From NCBI GenBank assembly GCA_902785275.1, contig CACZYB010000003.1, positions 1 to 64,000 of the forward strand: a DNA stretch of 64,000 nucleotides, written 5' to 3'. The position numbers and the translations under genes were made by a program. This document shows positions 9,234 through 19,048 of the stretch, in pieces. The stretch's first letter is position 1, and each line of letters starts with the position of its first letter. Under the pieces are notes generated by a model. The model ran no database searches. It was given only the letters and a program-made list of their open reading frames with translations, and had not been told where the DNA came from. The DNA comes from an uncultured Pseudomonadota bacterium (GTDB lineage Bacteria > Pseudomonadota > Alphaproteobacteria > Rs-D84 > CACZYB01).

Positions 9234-10183
9234 GTGGAATAATGGATGTAAAAATCGAAAAATCAAAGATATATTTCTTATCACCATACGGGCTTGGCGA
9301 CACAATGATTTTGTGTGGATTTAAATCGGAATTGGAAAAAAAGTATAACTGTAAAATACACTTTTTAATTAAAGCTTCACATAAAATTGTTATGGATATG
9401 TACAAGGTGAAAGATTACTCCTTTGTTGAAATGGATAAAGTGGATTTATTTCTTTTGGGTGATGCGACACCACAGCCGGAAAAGGGAAAAATCTTTGTCG
9501 CACATCCAGAGTATCACAAGGAGCTTTTATACCTTTTCAATGAGATAAACACATCAACCGGCGGTGCAAAAACTCAATTTATTGAGTGGTATAAAAAATT
9601 TCTTGGATTAAAGGAAAAAGTAAAATTTATGCTTCCGTTATGGTATCCAGAAATATCACCACATGCAAAAAAAATTATTCAAAAGATTGCACCGGTGGAA
9701 AAACTTAATATTCTTATACCAGAGGCAAATTCAATTAATATTCAAAATAGAGCCTTGTGGAAAAATATTATAAAGGCGAACAAGCAATTCAAATCTGTAA
9801 CCATAGTGAATAACAAGAAAAACAGAATAAAAGGTATCAAAAACCTAAAGCTTGATTTATACGATACGGTTGCGGTTATGCTTAATTGTCACAGTGTTTA
9901 TGCAATAAGAAGTGGGCTTTGCGATTTGGTAGCAAGTGATATTTCAAATATGACTGTGATGTACAGTAATCCTTACTTTAGAGATGTGTATACACTTAAA
10001 CCTCTAAATGAAAATATTGTTGAGTGGGTTGTGGAAAATGAAAAGAAATATGATAAAAAAATCAAACTAAAACTTTTTGGATTTCTTACTATTTTCAAAA
10101 TTATAAAGACAGATGAAAATTTGAAATTTTATCTTTTTGATATTCTTCCAATCCTTAAGATTCAAAAAAAGGAGCAAAAATGA
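9224..10183 (+). CDS. Putative glycosyltransferase (GT-B/GT9-like)
   Basis: GLGDT N-terminal and RSGLCDL C-terminal motifs resemble GT9; sits in the glycan operon. Confidence 0.55.
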   Translation: MELSGIMDVKIEKSKIYFLSPYGLGDTMILCGFKSELEKKYNCKIHFLIKASHKIVMDMYKVKDYSFVEMDKVDLFLLGDATPQPEKGKIFVAHPEYHKELLYLFNEINTSTGGAKTQFIEWYKKFLGLKEKVKFMLPLWYPEISPHAKKIIQKIAPVEKLNILIPEANSINIQNRALWKNIIKANKQFKSVTIVNNKKNRIKGIKNLKLDLYDTVAVMLNCHSVYAIRSGLCDLVASDISNMTVMYSNPYFRDVYTLKPLNENIVEWVVENEKKYDKKIKLKLFGFLTIFKIIKTDENLKFYLFDILPILKIQKKEQK

Positions 10184-11112
10184 TGCGACCTAAAATTTCG
10201 ATTATTACCGTAGTTTATAATATTATAAAAAATGGTCGAAAGGCGAGTTTTTTAAGAATGTTGGAAAGTGTAAAGGCTCAAGCTTATGGCAATATTGAAC
10301 ATATTATTATCGACGGGGATTCAGATGATGGAACAAAGGATTTTTTGAAAAGTCTTGGACTTAATTTTTTTTCTAAAAAAGACTCTGGCATTTATGATGC
10401 GATGAATAATGGGATAAAAAAAGCCAGTGGGAAATACATTACATTTCTTAATTCAGACGATTTTTATTTTAATGAAAATTCTATTAAGAAAAGTGTTATG
10501 AAACTGGAAATTACACAGGCAGACTTTTCATTTGGAAAAACAAAATATATTGATGAAAATGGAAAAACTGTAAACGGTATTTTTCAGGAAAATCCGGATA
10601 TAAGAAATATATTTTTGACTATGCCATACTCCCATCAATCTATGGTTATAAAGACTGATGTTTTAAAAAAATTTATGTTTGATACAAAATTTAAAATTGT
10701 TGCGGATTTTGACTTAACATTAAAACTTTTTTTGCATCACTATAACTTTGTATACATACCCGAATATATTGTTAATTTCCAGATTGGCGGTGCTTCGAGC
10801 AATATTGAAAATGTTCACAGAGAAACGGTTAAACTTTATAAAAGAACTTTGGAAAGTCTTGGTATAAATCTTAAAAATAATGAAATTTTTGATTTGGAAT
10901 ATAAAAAGCTAATCCCTGGAAATATTGCAAAAATTTTAAGCAAAAAATTTGGATTTAAGATTAATAAAAAACTGGAACGAAAGGATATATTTTACAAAAA
11001 ATTTGTTTTTTGTGGGATACCTTTATTCAAACTTATTAAGGCAGAAAATTTTTTTGATTTTTATATTTTTAACATAGTTAAGTTGTTTAGTGTAAGGTGG
11101 AAAATATGTTAA
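10180..11112 (+). CDS. Glycosyltransferase family 2 (WcaE/WfgS-like)
   Basis: IDGDSDDGT, DSGIYDAMNNG, LNSDD, HQS. Confidence 0.93.
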   Translation: MMRPKISIITVVYNIIKNGRKASFLRMLESVKAQAYGNIEHIIIDGDSDDGTKDFLKSLGLNFFSKKDSGIYDAMNNGIKKASGKYITFLNSDDFYFNENSIKKSVMKLEITQADFSFGKTKYIDENGKTVNGIFQENPDIRNIFLTMPYSHQSMVIKTDVLKKFMFDTKFKIVADFDLTLKLFLHHYNFVYIPEYIVNFQIGGASSNIENVHRETVKLYKRTLESLGINLKNNEIFDLEYKKLIPGNIAKILSKKFGFKINKKLERKDIFYKKFVFCGIPLFKLIKAENFFDFYIFNIVKLFSVRWKIC

Positions 11113-11990
11113 AATTTATTAAAAATTTAAGTGGTCATTCCGGATGTGAAATATCTCTTTGGACAAGGGAAAATGGAGAATATTTTGTAAGGAAAAAGTC
11201 GGCATCTATCACATATAACAGGCGACTTAAAAAACAATATATTAAGCAAAATAAATACAATCTTTGTATTGCAAAAACACCACAAATTTATGGATGTGGG
11301 ATTGAAGATGGGCTTTTCTTTTTCGATATGGAATACGTACCATGTATGACATTTTGTGAATATGTAAATTCGGTGAAAATAACCGAACTTGTCGACTTTA
11401 TAAAAATTTTATTTTCGAATCTTCCTGTGGAAAAATCGAATAAAAATCCCTTGGTTAATAAGATTTTTGAAAAGAAAATCAAGTCTGTTTACAATATAAT
11501 AGATAGTAAAAATCCGGTGTTAAAGCGGGCGTTTGAATTACTTATTTTCAATGACTGGGGTAATGTTGTACAAAGTCCATCGCATGGTGATTTGACATTA
11601 GAAAACATTTTAATTTCAACGAATCACAAAATTTATTTAATTGATTTTTTGGATACATTTTATTCGTCGTGGATGGTTGATTTGGCCAAGATTTTTCAGG
11701 ATTTAGAGGTTAAGTGGTCGTTTCGAAATATGAAGCCAGATACCAACAGGGATTTACGACTTTTGATTGCAAAAGAGACCTTAAATGAAATGATTTTGAG
11801 TCTTCCGAACGGAAAAAACATCTTATCACAAATATATAAAATTTTAGTTTTAAATCTTCTTAGGATTATACCTTACACAACAGATGAAAAGACGGAAAAA
11901 TTTCTTTTTAAGGCAATAGAAAATACTTTAAACATAATTGAAAAAATGGAGGCAAAAAATGAAAACACTTATCATTCCATGTGCTGGTAA
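11106..11990 (+). CDS. APH/choline-kinase-like phosphotransferase
   Basis: SGHSGC Gly loop, HGDLTLEN catalytic loop, LIDF. ATG at 11106 preferred over the GTG at 11097. Confidence 0.8.
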   Translation: MLKFIKNLSGHSGCEISLWTRENGEYFVRKKSASITYNRRLKKQYIKQNKYNLCIAKTPQIYGCGIEDGLFFFDMEYVPCMTFCEYVNSVKITELVDFIKILFSNLPVEKSNKNPLVNKIFEKKIKSVYNIIDSKNPVLKRAFELLIFNDWGNVVQSPSHGDLTLENILISTNHKIYLIDFLDTFYSSWMVDLAKIFQDLEVKWSFRNMKPDTNRDLRLLIAKETLNEMILSLPNGKNILSQIYKILVLNLLRIIPYTTDEKTEKFLFKAIENTLNIIEKMEAKNENTYHSMCW

Positions 11991-13017
11991 ATCATCCAGA
12001 TTTCCAAATATGAAACCAAAATGGATGCTTACACATCCAGATGGAAAGCTTATGATTCAAAAGGCTATGGAAGGAATAAATACTGATATATTCGACCGAA
12101 TTATAATTACAATTTTACAATATCATATTGAAAAATATGATGCGGAACTTATTTTAAAACAGGTGTTTGAAAATAATAAAAAAATTGAAATTTGTGTTTT
12201 GGAAAATCTAACCAAAAGTGCAAGCGAAACCGTATATCTTACCATACAAAAAATGAAAGTGAACGGTGCGTTTGTGGTAAAGGATTCAGATAACTTTGTC
12301 AGTGTTGAAATACCAAGGGAAAACAAAAACTTTATTGTTGGATTTGATATTCACAAACATCCAAAAACTTCAAATATTCCTGAAAAAAGTTTTTTGATTG
12401 TAAACGAACAAAATATCACTCAGGACATTATTGAAAAAAAGATTGTATCGCACATAATTTGTCTTGGAATTTATGGATTTGACGGTACAAAAGAATTCAA
12501 AAATACGTTTGAATATCTTTCAAAAAATGGTATAGAAAACGAACTTTTTATAAGCCATATTATATCCTATATAATATCTCAAAAAAAGATGGTGTTCGAA
12601 TATATTGAGGCAGATGACTATAATGACTGGGGTACACTTAACGAATGGATTATAGAGCAAAAAAAGTATAGGACTTATTTTATTGATGTGGATGGTGTGA
12701 TACTTAAAAATTCCGGCAAATATGGGAAAATTAACTGGTCGAATAATACCGAATCTATTGATGAAAATGTTAAACAAATAATAAATCTTCAAAATAATGG
12801 CGGACAGATAATTATCACAACTTCACGTGGGGAAGAGTACAGAAAACCTTTGGAAAAAATATTATCGAATCTGGGGATAAAGCCGTATTCGATACTTATG
12901 GGACTTCACCATTCAGCAAGAATTTTGATAAATGATTTTGCACCAACAAACCCATATCCATCGGGGGTGGCGATAAGCTTGCCAAGAAATAGCTTGATAA
13001 AAGATTACTTAAAATAG
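11959..13017 (+). CDS. Nucleotidyltransferase fused to a HAD phosphatase
   Basis: IIPCAGKSSRF..PKW and DWGT (NTP transferase); C-terminal FIDVDG, TTSR, INDF (HAD). Start at the ATG after a GGAGG RBS. Confidence 0.85.
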   Translation: MKTLIIPCAGKSSRFPNMKPKWMLTHPDGKLMIQKAMEGINTDIFDRIIITILQYHIEKYDAELILKQVFENNKKIEICVLENLTKSASETVYLTIQKMKVNGAFVVKDSDNFVSVEIPRENKNFIVGFDIHKHPKTSNIPEKSFLIVNEQNITQDIIEKKIVSHIICLGIYGFDGTKEFKNTFEYLSKNGIENELFISHIISYIISQKKMVFEYIEADDYNDWGTLNEWIIEQKKYRTYFIDVDGVILKNSGKYGKINWSNNTESIDENVKQIINLQNNGGQIIITTSRGEEYRKPLEKILSNLGIKPYSILMGLHHSARILINDFAPTNPYPSGVAISLPRNSLIKDYLK

Positions 13018-13026
13018 GATTTAAAA

Positions 13027-14064
13027 ATGATAAAGTCTTCGGAAATTTCAGTTGTTATTCAAGGGGAGATCTGCCCAGAAACAAAAAAGGTTATTAAGAG
13101 CGTAAAAAAATTTTTGCCAGATGCGGAAATAATTATTTCGACATGGAAAGGAAACAATATAAACGGACTTTTGTTTGATAAAGTTATTTTTAACAAAGAT
13201 ATTGGCGCGGTTGCATTCCGACTTAACGGACAAAAGCACAACCTTAACCGACAGATTGTTTCTACCTTTAACGGTGTTAAGGAGGCGAAAAGGAAATATG
13301 TACTTAAGCTTAGGTCAGATGTGGCATTGCTTAATAAAAACTTTTTAAAATACTTTGATAAATTTCCGTGCAGAGATTCAAAATACAAAATATTTGATAA
13401 AAGAATCATTATAACAAATGTTTACACAAGAAATTCTTCGCCCGAACTTAAATGTCTTTTTCATCCGTCAGATTGGGTTATGTTCGGACTTAAAAATGAT
13501 GTATATAAAATGTGGAACATACCGTTGGCGCCAGAACCAGAGACAAGCCAATGGTTTAAAACGCACAAAAAACCTGTGTATGACATATTTCCAGATTTTT
13601 TAACAAGGTATCATGCAGAGCAATATATTTGGACAAGTGTTTTGAAAAAAAATGGTGTGAACTTTAAGTTTAATAATTATTTAAGCTATTCAAAAAAACT
13701 TATCAAAATATCGGAGCGAAGTATTTTTAATAACTTTATCATTTTAGATTACAAGCCAAAGTTTTCATTTTTGAATTTGAAATATCCACGGACGATACAG
13801 GACAATACATTGATTTATTTTTATGATTTTATTTTAGCGTATAAAAAATACAGTAATGTTTGTTTTAGGATTCCGAAAACTTTGCAATTTAAAAATGACA
13901 AGAAGATTTTGAAAACTGTATCGAAAATCAAGAAACATTTTTCAAGAATTTCTGGGCCAATTTATTTTTTACTTAAAGTTATAAACGAAACGTTGGCGAC
14001 AATTTTTTATATTATAAAACTACCGTTGGATATTTTAATCGAATCGTTTAAAATACTTAAATAA
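13027..14064 (+). CDS. wavE: WavE-family LPS/glycan synthesis protein
   Basis: SVVIQG, IISTW, NLNRQIVST..G, KLRSD, FHPSDW and AEQY WavE motifs. Confidence 0.88.
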   Translation: MIKSSEISVVIQGEICPETKKVIKSVKKFLPDAEIIISTWKGNNINGLLFDKVIFNKDIGAVAFRLNGQKHNLNRQIVSTFNGVKEAKRKYVLKLRSDVALLNKNFLKYFDKFPCRDSKYKIFDKRIIITNVYTRNSSPELKCLFHPSDWVMFGLKNDVYKMWNIPLAPEPETSQWFKTHKKPVYDIFPDFLTRYHAEQYIWTSVLKKNGVNFKFNNYLSYSKKLIKISERSIFNNFIILDYKPKFSFLNLKYPRTIQDNTLIYFYDFILAYKKYSNVCFRIPKTLQFKNDKKILKTVSKIKKHFSRISGPIYFLLKVINETLATIFYIIKLPLDILIESFKILK

Positions 14065-14530
14065 AAAGAGTTATGATATAAAGACAAACTGCAGAAATAA
14101 GACCTGCCAAAACATCATCAAACATAACACCAAATGAGTTTTCAAGCTTTCTGTCCGCCCAGCCGATGAAAAGTGGTTTTGTTATATCAAAAAGACGGAA
14201 AAAGAAAAAGCCCAATAGGTACAAATACCAATATGAAAAATTTTCACTTAACATATTGGCGATAAGTAAAAAGCTTATTGTTTGGCCGGCTGTTTCATCA
14301 ATGACAATCAAGCTTGGATCGTGTTCGGTATAGCGAAGGACAACACGGCTTGACATCCAACCTATAATAAATGTTAGTAATGAAAAGGCAAGTATACCAA
14401 AACTTCCATAAAAATATGCGACTGGGATTATGAAAACAAAGCTTACAAATGAACCAAATGTTCCGGATGCAAATGGAGCAAAACCCACACCAAAAAGTGA
14501 AGCAAACATATAGGATAAAAATTTTTTCAT
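14057..14530 (-). CDS. pgpA: Phosphatidylglycerophosphatase A
   Basis: PFASGTFGS, DPSLIVIDE, FRLFDITKP, GVMFDDVLAG. Confidence 0.96.
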   Translation of the reverse strand: MKKFLSYMFASLFGVGFAPFASGTFGSFVSFVFIIPVAYFYGSFGILAFSLLTFIIGWMSSRVVLRYTEHDPSLIVIDETAGQTISFLLIANMLSENFSYWYLYLLGFFFFRLFDITKPLFIGWADRKLENSFGVMFDDVLAGLISAVCLYIITLFI

Positions 14531-14595
14531 ATCAAACCTCTTGTCTTTTATTTACCATTAAAAAAATGAGGGGAAGTTAAAAACTCCCCTGCTAC

Positions 14596-16239
14596 TTAAA
14601 TATTCTTTACTGTATTTAGGCGTGAAAGAACCCTTTCTTTGCCCATAACGTGCTGTATCTCACTTAAATCTGGGGATTGTGTTTTTCCAGTAATAAGGAT
14701 ACGGAAAACCTTTACCACAGAAGAAATATCTCCGTTGAATGCATCAGGATTTGCCTTATATTCCTTTCCATTCTTTGCAAAATTGAAATCATCGGCAAGC
14801 TTTTGCATTTTGGCAAACCATTCATCCTTTGTATCATTTTCGTTGAACATTGGGATATAGGTATCAACCAATTCGACATATTTCTTTACTGACTTAAGCT
14901 CGGCTTTCATTTCATCGGAAATTGCGAACTTATCATCAAAGAAATACTCAATTTCAGCAGAAACATCAGAATATTTTGCAATATCCTTTCGTGCATTTTT
15001 TGCACCAGTACGTTCAATTGATAAAATCGCCTTTACATAATCAGAATTTGCAGTCATAAGATTATGCAAGTTAGCATCATTCTTTTCTGCCCAATTATAA
15101 ACTGCATCGTAAACTTCTTCGGTAGTCATTTTTGCAATGATTTCCTTACTTATATTATTAAGTTTTACGAAATCGAACAAAGCACCACTTGGGGAAAGTT
15201 TGTTTAACGATACAGGAAAATCCTTGTATGATTTTGTTTGATTATTTCTTTTCCAATCTTCGAAATTAGAGTTTACCAAATTCAAAAGATACTCAATTAC
15301 TGCAACCCTTGGGTAACCAACTTTATCATAGAAACGAACATCTGCTTCTGGGTCGTGACGTTTACTTAATTTACGACGAGAATCCCCATCCATCTTTTGA
15401 ATAGGTGCAATGTGTGTATATTTAGGAGCCTTGAACCCCATTTCTTTGAAAAGTTGGATATGAAGTGGAAGTGATGAAATCCATTCATCACCACGAATAA
15501 CGTGAGTTGTTCCCATCAAATGATCATCGACAACGTGTGCAAAGTGGTATGTTGGAAGACCATCTGATTTCATAATAACAACATCCAAATCATTTTCTGG
15601 GAAATTAATTTTACCCTTTAAACCATCTTGAATAACAATCTTGTTGTTATAGCTTCCGTTACTTTTAAAACGGATAACAAATGGAATACCAGCATCAAGT
15701 TTTTCTTCTATCTTTTCAACAGGGTAATCACGGTATTTTGCCCAACGTCCATAATATCCTGGACGAGCACCGGATGCTTCTTGAGTCTTGCGAAGAGCTT
15801 CTAATTCTTCCTGTGTTGCGAAACAAGGGTAAGCCTTTCCTGTTTCAAGCATATGTTTTATGTATGCCTGATAAATTGTTTTTCTTTCGCTTTGACGATA
15901 TGGAGCATAGGCACCAATTTCGTTACCGTTTCTATCGAAACCTTCATCAATATTAAGGTCATAATCAGCAAGTGATGAGCAAATAACTTCTGTTGCACCC
16001 TCTACTTCACGCTTTGTATCTGTATCTTCGATACGAAGAAAGAAAACGCCACCTGATTGATGAGCAAGTCTTTCATTAATAAGAGCCGCATAAATTCCGC
16101 CGATATGCATAAAACCGGTTGGACTTGGTGCGACACGGGTAACCTTTGCTCCATCAGGCAAATTACGGCGTGGATATTTTGCTTCTATCTCATCAACAGT
16201 AGGAAGTGGATTTGGAAAAATTTTATCAATATAACTCAT
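14596..16239 (-). CDS. gltX: Glutamate--tRNA ligase (long form)
   Basis: RVAPSPTGFMHIG, RIEDTD, HVIRGDEW, KLSKR. Confidence 0.97.
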   Translation of the reverse strand: MSYIDKIFPNPLPTVDEIEAKYPRRNLPDGAKVTRVAPSPTGFMHIGGIYAALINERLAHQSGGVFFLRIEDTDTKREVEGATEVICSSLADYDLNIDEGFDRNGNEIGAYAPYRQSERKTIYQAYIKHMLETGKAYPCFATQEELEALRKTQEASGARPGYYGRWAKYRDYPVEKIEEKLDAGIPFVIRFKSNGSYNNKIVIQDGLKGKINFPENDLDVVIMKSDGLPTYHFAHVVDDHLMGTTHVIRGDEWISSLPLHIQLFKEMGFKAPKYTHIAPIQKMDGDSRRKLSKRHDPEADVRFYDKVGYPRVAVIEYLLNLVNSNFEDWKRNNQTKSYKDFPVSLNKLSPSGALFDFVKLNNISKEIIAKMTTEEVYDAVYNWAEKNDANLHNLMTANSDYVKAILSIERTGAKNARKDIAKYSDVSAEIEYFFDDKFAISDEMKAELKSVKKYVELVDTYIPMFNENDTKDEWFAKMQKLADDFNFAKNGKEYKANPDAFNGDISSVVKVFRILITGKTQSPDLSEIQHVMGKERVLSRLNTVKNI

Positions 16240-16323
16240 TTATAACCTCTAATATTTTTTTTGATTTTTAATAGGATAGATTTTAGTGCAATAATAGCTA
16301 AAATGCAATAAAATTCAATAAAT

Positions 16324-18150
16324 TTACTCTTCTTGCAAACTTAACCATTCATTTTCACGGATAGGAAGAATCGTTTCAATAACATCTAAACGTTTTGAAA
16401 GTTTTATCAACTCATCAGATGGAAGTTTTGATTGAAGTTTTTGAATAATTTCTGATTTTTCACGTTCTAAACTTTCGATATCTTCCTCTAACTTTTGTAA
16501 ATTCTTATATTTTGGCTTTGGTGGTTGAGGTGCTATAACCTCTGGTTTTATATCCTTTTTTGCCAAAGCTTTTTCATTTTTTACAGGTGTAGTATTTTGT
16601 GTTAAAAGAAGTTTTTTATAGTCTTCCATAGAACCATTAAACATTGAACAGGTATGATTATTAACAAGCCACAAATCATCCACAACCATATTTAAAAAGT
16701 TGAAATCGTGGGTGATTAAAAGCACTGCTCCATTATAATCATTTAACGCTTCGATAAGAGCATCTCTGGCCTGTATATCAAGGTGATTTGTTGGTTCATC
16801 CAATATTAAAATTGATGGTTTATCCAAAGAAATTTTTGTGAAAACAACCCTACTTTTTTCACCACCGGAAAGCTCTTTAATCTTTGTAATTGCAACATCA
16901 CCACTTATACCAAAGTTTCCCAAAATTGAACGAATCTCGGTTTCTGTTTTTTCTGGAAGAAGTGACTGTACATACTCGAACGGGGACATAGAAAGTGGAA
17001 GTTCTTCCATTTGGTGCTGGGTGAAAAATCCAATTTTAAGTTTTGGTTGTTTATAAAAACTTCCCTTTTGAAGTTTCAAATCACCGTAAATAAGCTTTGC
17101 AAGTGTGGATTTTCCGTTTCCATTTTTACCCAAAATACCAATTCTATCAGTAGGAGTAATGTTTATATTTAGCTTGTTTAGAACAGTTATATCCCCATAA
17201 CCAACACTTCCATTTTCGATTTTTACAAGTGGAGTTGGTAAGTCCGGAGATGTAGGAAATTCAAAGTGGCATGACCTGTCAAGTTGGGTTACAGAAATAT
17301 CCTGTAACTTTTCAAGCATTTTAAGACGGCTTTGCGCCTGTTTAGCCTTAGTTGCTTTATACCTGAACCTATCAACAAAGGATTGAAGATGAGCCTTTAC
17401 TTCAGATTGTTTTTTTGCAAGACGTTCTTCATTTTCATGCTTTAGTATATAGTTTTTATAAAAGTTATTATAATTTCCAGAATATAAAACAAGCTTTTTA
17501 CCTTCGAAATGAATAATGCCATCGCAAATGTTATTTAAAAGGTTTCGGTCGTGACTTATGATAAGCAATGTTTTTGAATATTTTTTCAAATAATTTTCAA
17601 GCCAGATTGATGCTTCTAAATCAAGATGGTTTGTTGGTTCATCAAGCAAAAGTATATCAGAGTAGCGGAAAAGCGCACCGGCCAATGCCAAACGCATACG
17701 CCAACCTCCAGAAAAATCAGAAACTTTTTTCTTTAAATCATCTTCGGAAAAGCCAAGACCAGATAAAATATGTGATATGCGAGCTTCGGCAGTATCAGAT
17801 TCAAGACGTTTAAGTTCGTCATATATTTCTGGAAGCTCCTCTGGATTACAAGATTTTAACTTTTCACGAAAGAATGTTAGTTCCTTATCCTTACTCAACA
17901 CAAAATCCATAACAGTTTTATCGATATCGTAAAATTCCTGCTCTACAAATGCGATTTTTTGGTTGGATGAAAATGTTATTTTGCCAGAGGTTGGCTCTAA
18001 CTCCTCCTTTAATACTTTGAACAAAGTGGACTTTCCGGATCCATTAACACCAACGATACCAATTTTTTGATTATCAGAAATATGCACAGAGGTATCCTCT
18101 AAAAGAGAACGGGATTTCATATAAACTGTTAAATTTTCAATATTTATCAT
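16324..18150 (-). CDS. ABC-F family ATPase (YheS-like)
   Basis: Two ABC domains (GVNGSGKST, GKNGNGKST; FSGGW, LSGGE; DEPTNHLD x2) and no TM segments. Start probably MINIENL at 18150. Confidence 0.95.
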   Translation of the reverse strand: MINIENLTVYMKSRSLLEDTSVHISDNQKIGIVGVNGSGKSTLFKVLKEELEPTSGKITFSSNQKIAFVEQEFYDIDKTVMDFVLSKDKELTFFREKLKSCNPEELPEIYDELKRLESDTAEARISHILSGLGFSEDDLKKKVSDFSGGWRMRLALAGALFRYSDILLLDEPTNHLDLEASIWLENYLKKYSKTLLIISHDRNLLNNICDGIIHFEGKKLVLYSGNYNNFYKNYILKHENEERLAKKQSEVKAHLQSFVDRFRYKATKAKQAQSRLKMLEKLQDISVTQLDRSCHFEFPTSPDLPTPLVKIENGSVGYGDITVLNKLNINITPTDRIGILGKNGNGKSTLAKLIYGDLKLQKGSFYKQPKLKIGFFTQHQMEELPLSMSPFEYVQSLLPEKTETEIRSILGNFGISGDVAITKIKELSGGEKSRVVFTKISLDKPSILILDEPTNHLDIQARDALIEALNDYNGAVLLITHDFNFLNMVVDDLWLVNNHTCSMFNGSMEDYKKLLLTQNTTPVKNEKALAKKDIKPEVIAPQPPKPKYKNLQKLEEDIESLEREKSEIIQKLQSKLPSDELIKLSKRLDVIETILPIRENEWLSLQEE

Positions 18151-18257
18151 AATGAGGGATTTTATGAAAAATTTCACTTTATTTCAAGAAAAAATATTTG
18201 CATTTATAAAATAGGTTATTTACAATTTTTCCATAAACTTTTTAATTGGAGAAATAA

Positions 18258-19046
18258 ATGAAAAAATTTTTAGTTGCTGTATCTTTGTTTTCTGTTGTTG
18301 CTTGCTCTCGTGAAAATGTTGCTGTGTTAGAAAAAGGTGTTAAGAATGAAAAAATTTCTGTTATTGAAAAATATTCAAATGTTAAACCGAATAAATGGAG
18401 CGAAGATATTTCTGGGGTTGTAAAAAAGCTTCCTACAACTGAAAAAGTTTTGGCACTTACACTTGATGCATGCGGTTCAAAAAATGATAGTTTGGATGAA
18501 GATTTGATTGAATTTTTAGGAAAAAATCAAATACCAGTAACTCTTTTTATAAACTATCGTTGGATACAAAAATATCCAGAAAAATTTGAAAAACTTTCAA
18601 AAAGCCCATGGATTGAAATAGAAAATCATGGATACAGTCACGTACCGGCATCACTTAATGGCAGATCTATTTATGGGATTAAGGGAACCTCCAATTCAAA
18701 AGAGCTTTTTGATGAAGTTGTAATCAATGCTGATTATATAGAAAATATTACCGGACGAAGACCAAAGTTTTATCGTTCCGGTACTGCATATTATGATGAG
18801 TATGCGGTAAAACAAATTTATGATATGGGATTTATTCCTGTTGGATTTAATATACTTGGTGATGCAGGAGCAACTTATTCTGCAGACCAGGTAAAAGCTG
18901 CACTTTTGAAATCAAAGGCCGGGGATATAATTATTGCGCATGCGAATCATCCTGAAAAGCAAACCGGAAAGGGATTAAAATCTGTACTTCCTTTGCTTAA
19001 GGCACAGGGCTATAGATTTGTAAAATTAGAAGACTATTTAAAATAA
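18258..19046 (+). CDS. Polysaccharide deacetylase lipoprotein (CE4/NodB fold)
   Basis: Lipobox VVAC; ALTLDAC, ENHGYSH and IIIAHANHP motifs. Confidence 0.88.
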   Translation: MKKFLVAVSLFSVVACSRENVAVLEKGVKNEKISVIEKYSNVKPNKWSEDISGVVKKLPTTEKVLALTLDACGSKNDSLDEDLIEFLGKNQIPVTLFINYRWIQKYPEKFEKLSKSPWIEIENHGYSHVPASLNGRSIYGIKGTSNSKELFDEVVINADYIENITGRRPKFYRSGTAYYDEYAVKQIYDMGFIPVGFNILGDAGATYSADQVKAALLKSKAGDIIIAHANHPEKQTGKGLKSVLPLLKAQGYRFVKLEDYLK

Positions 19047-19048
19047 TC

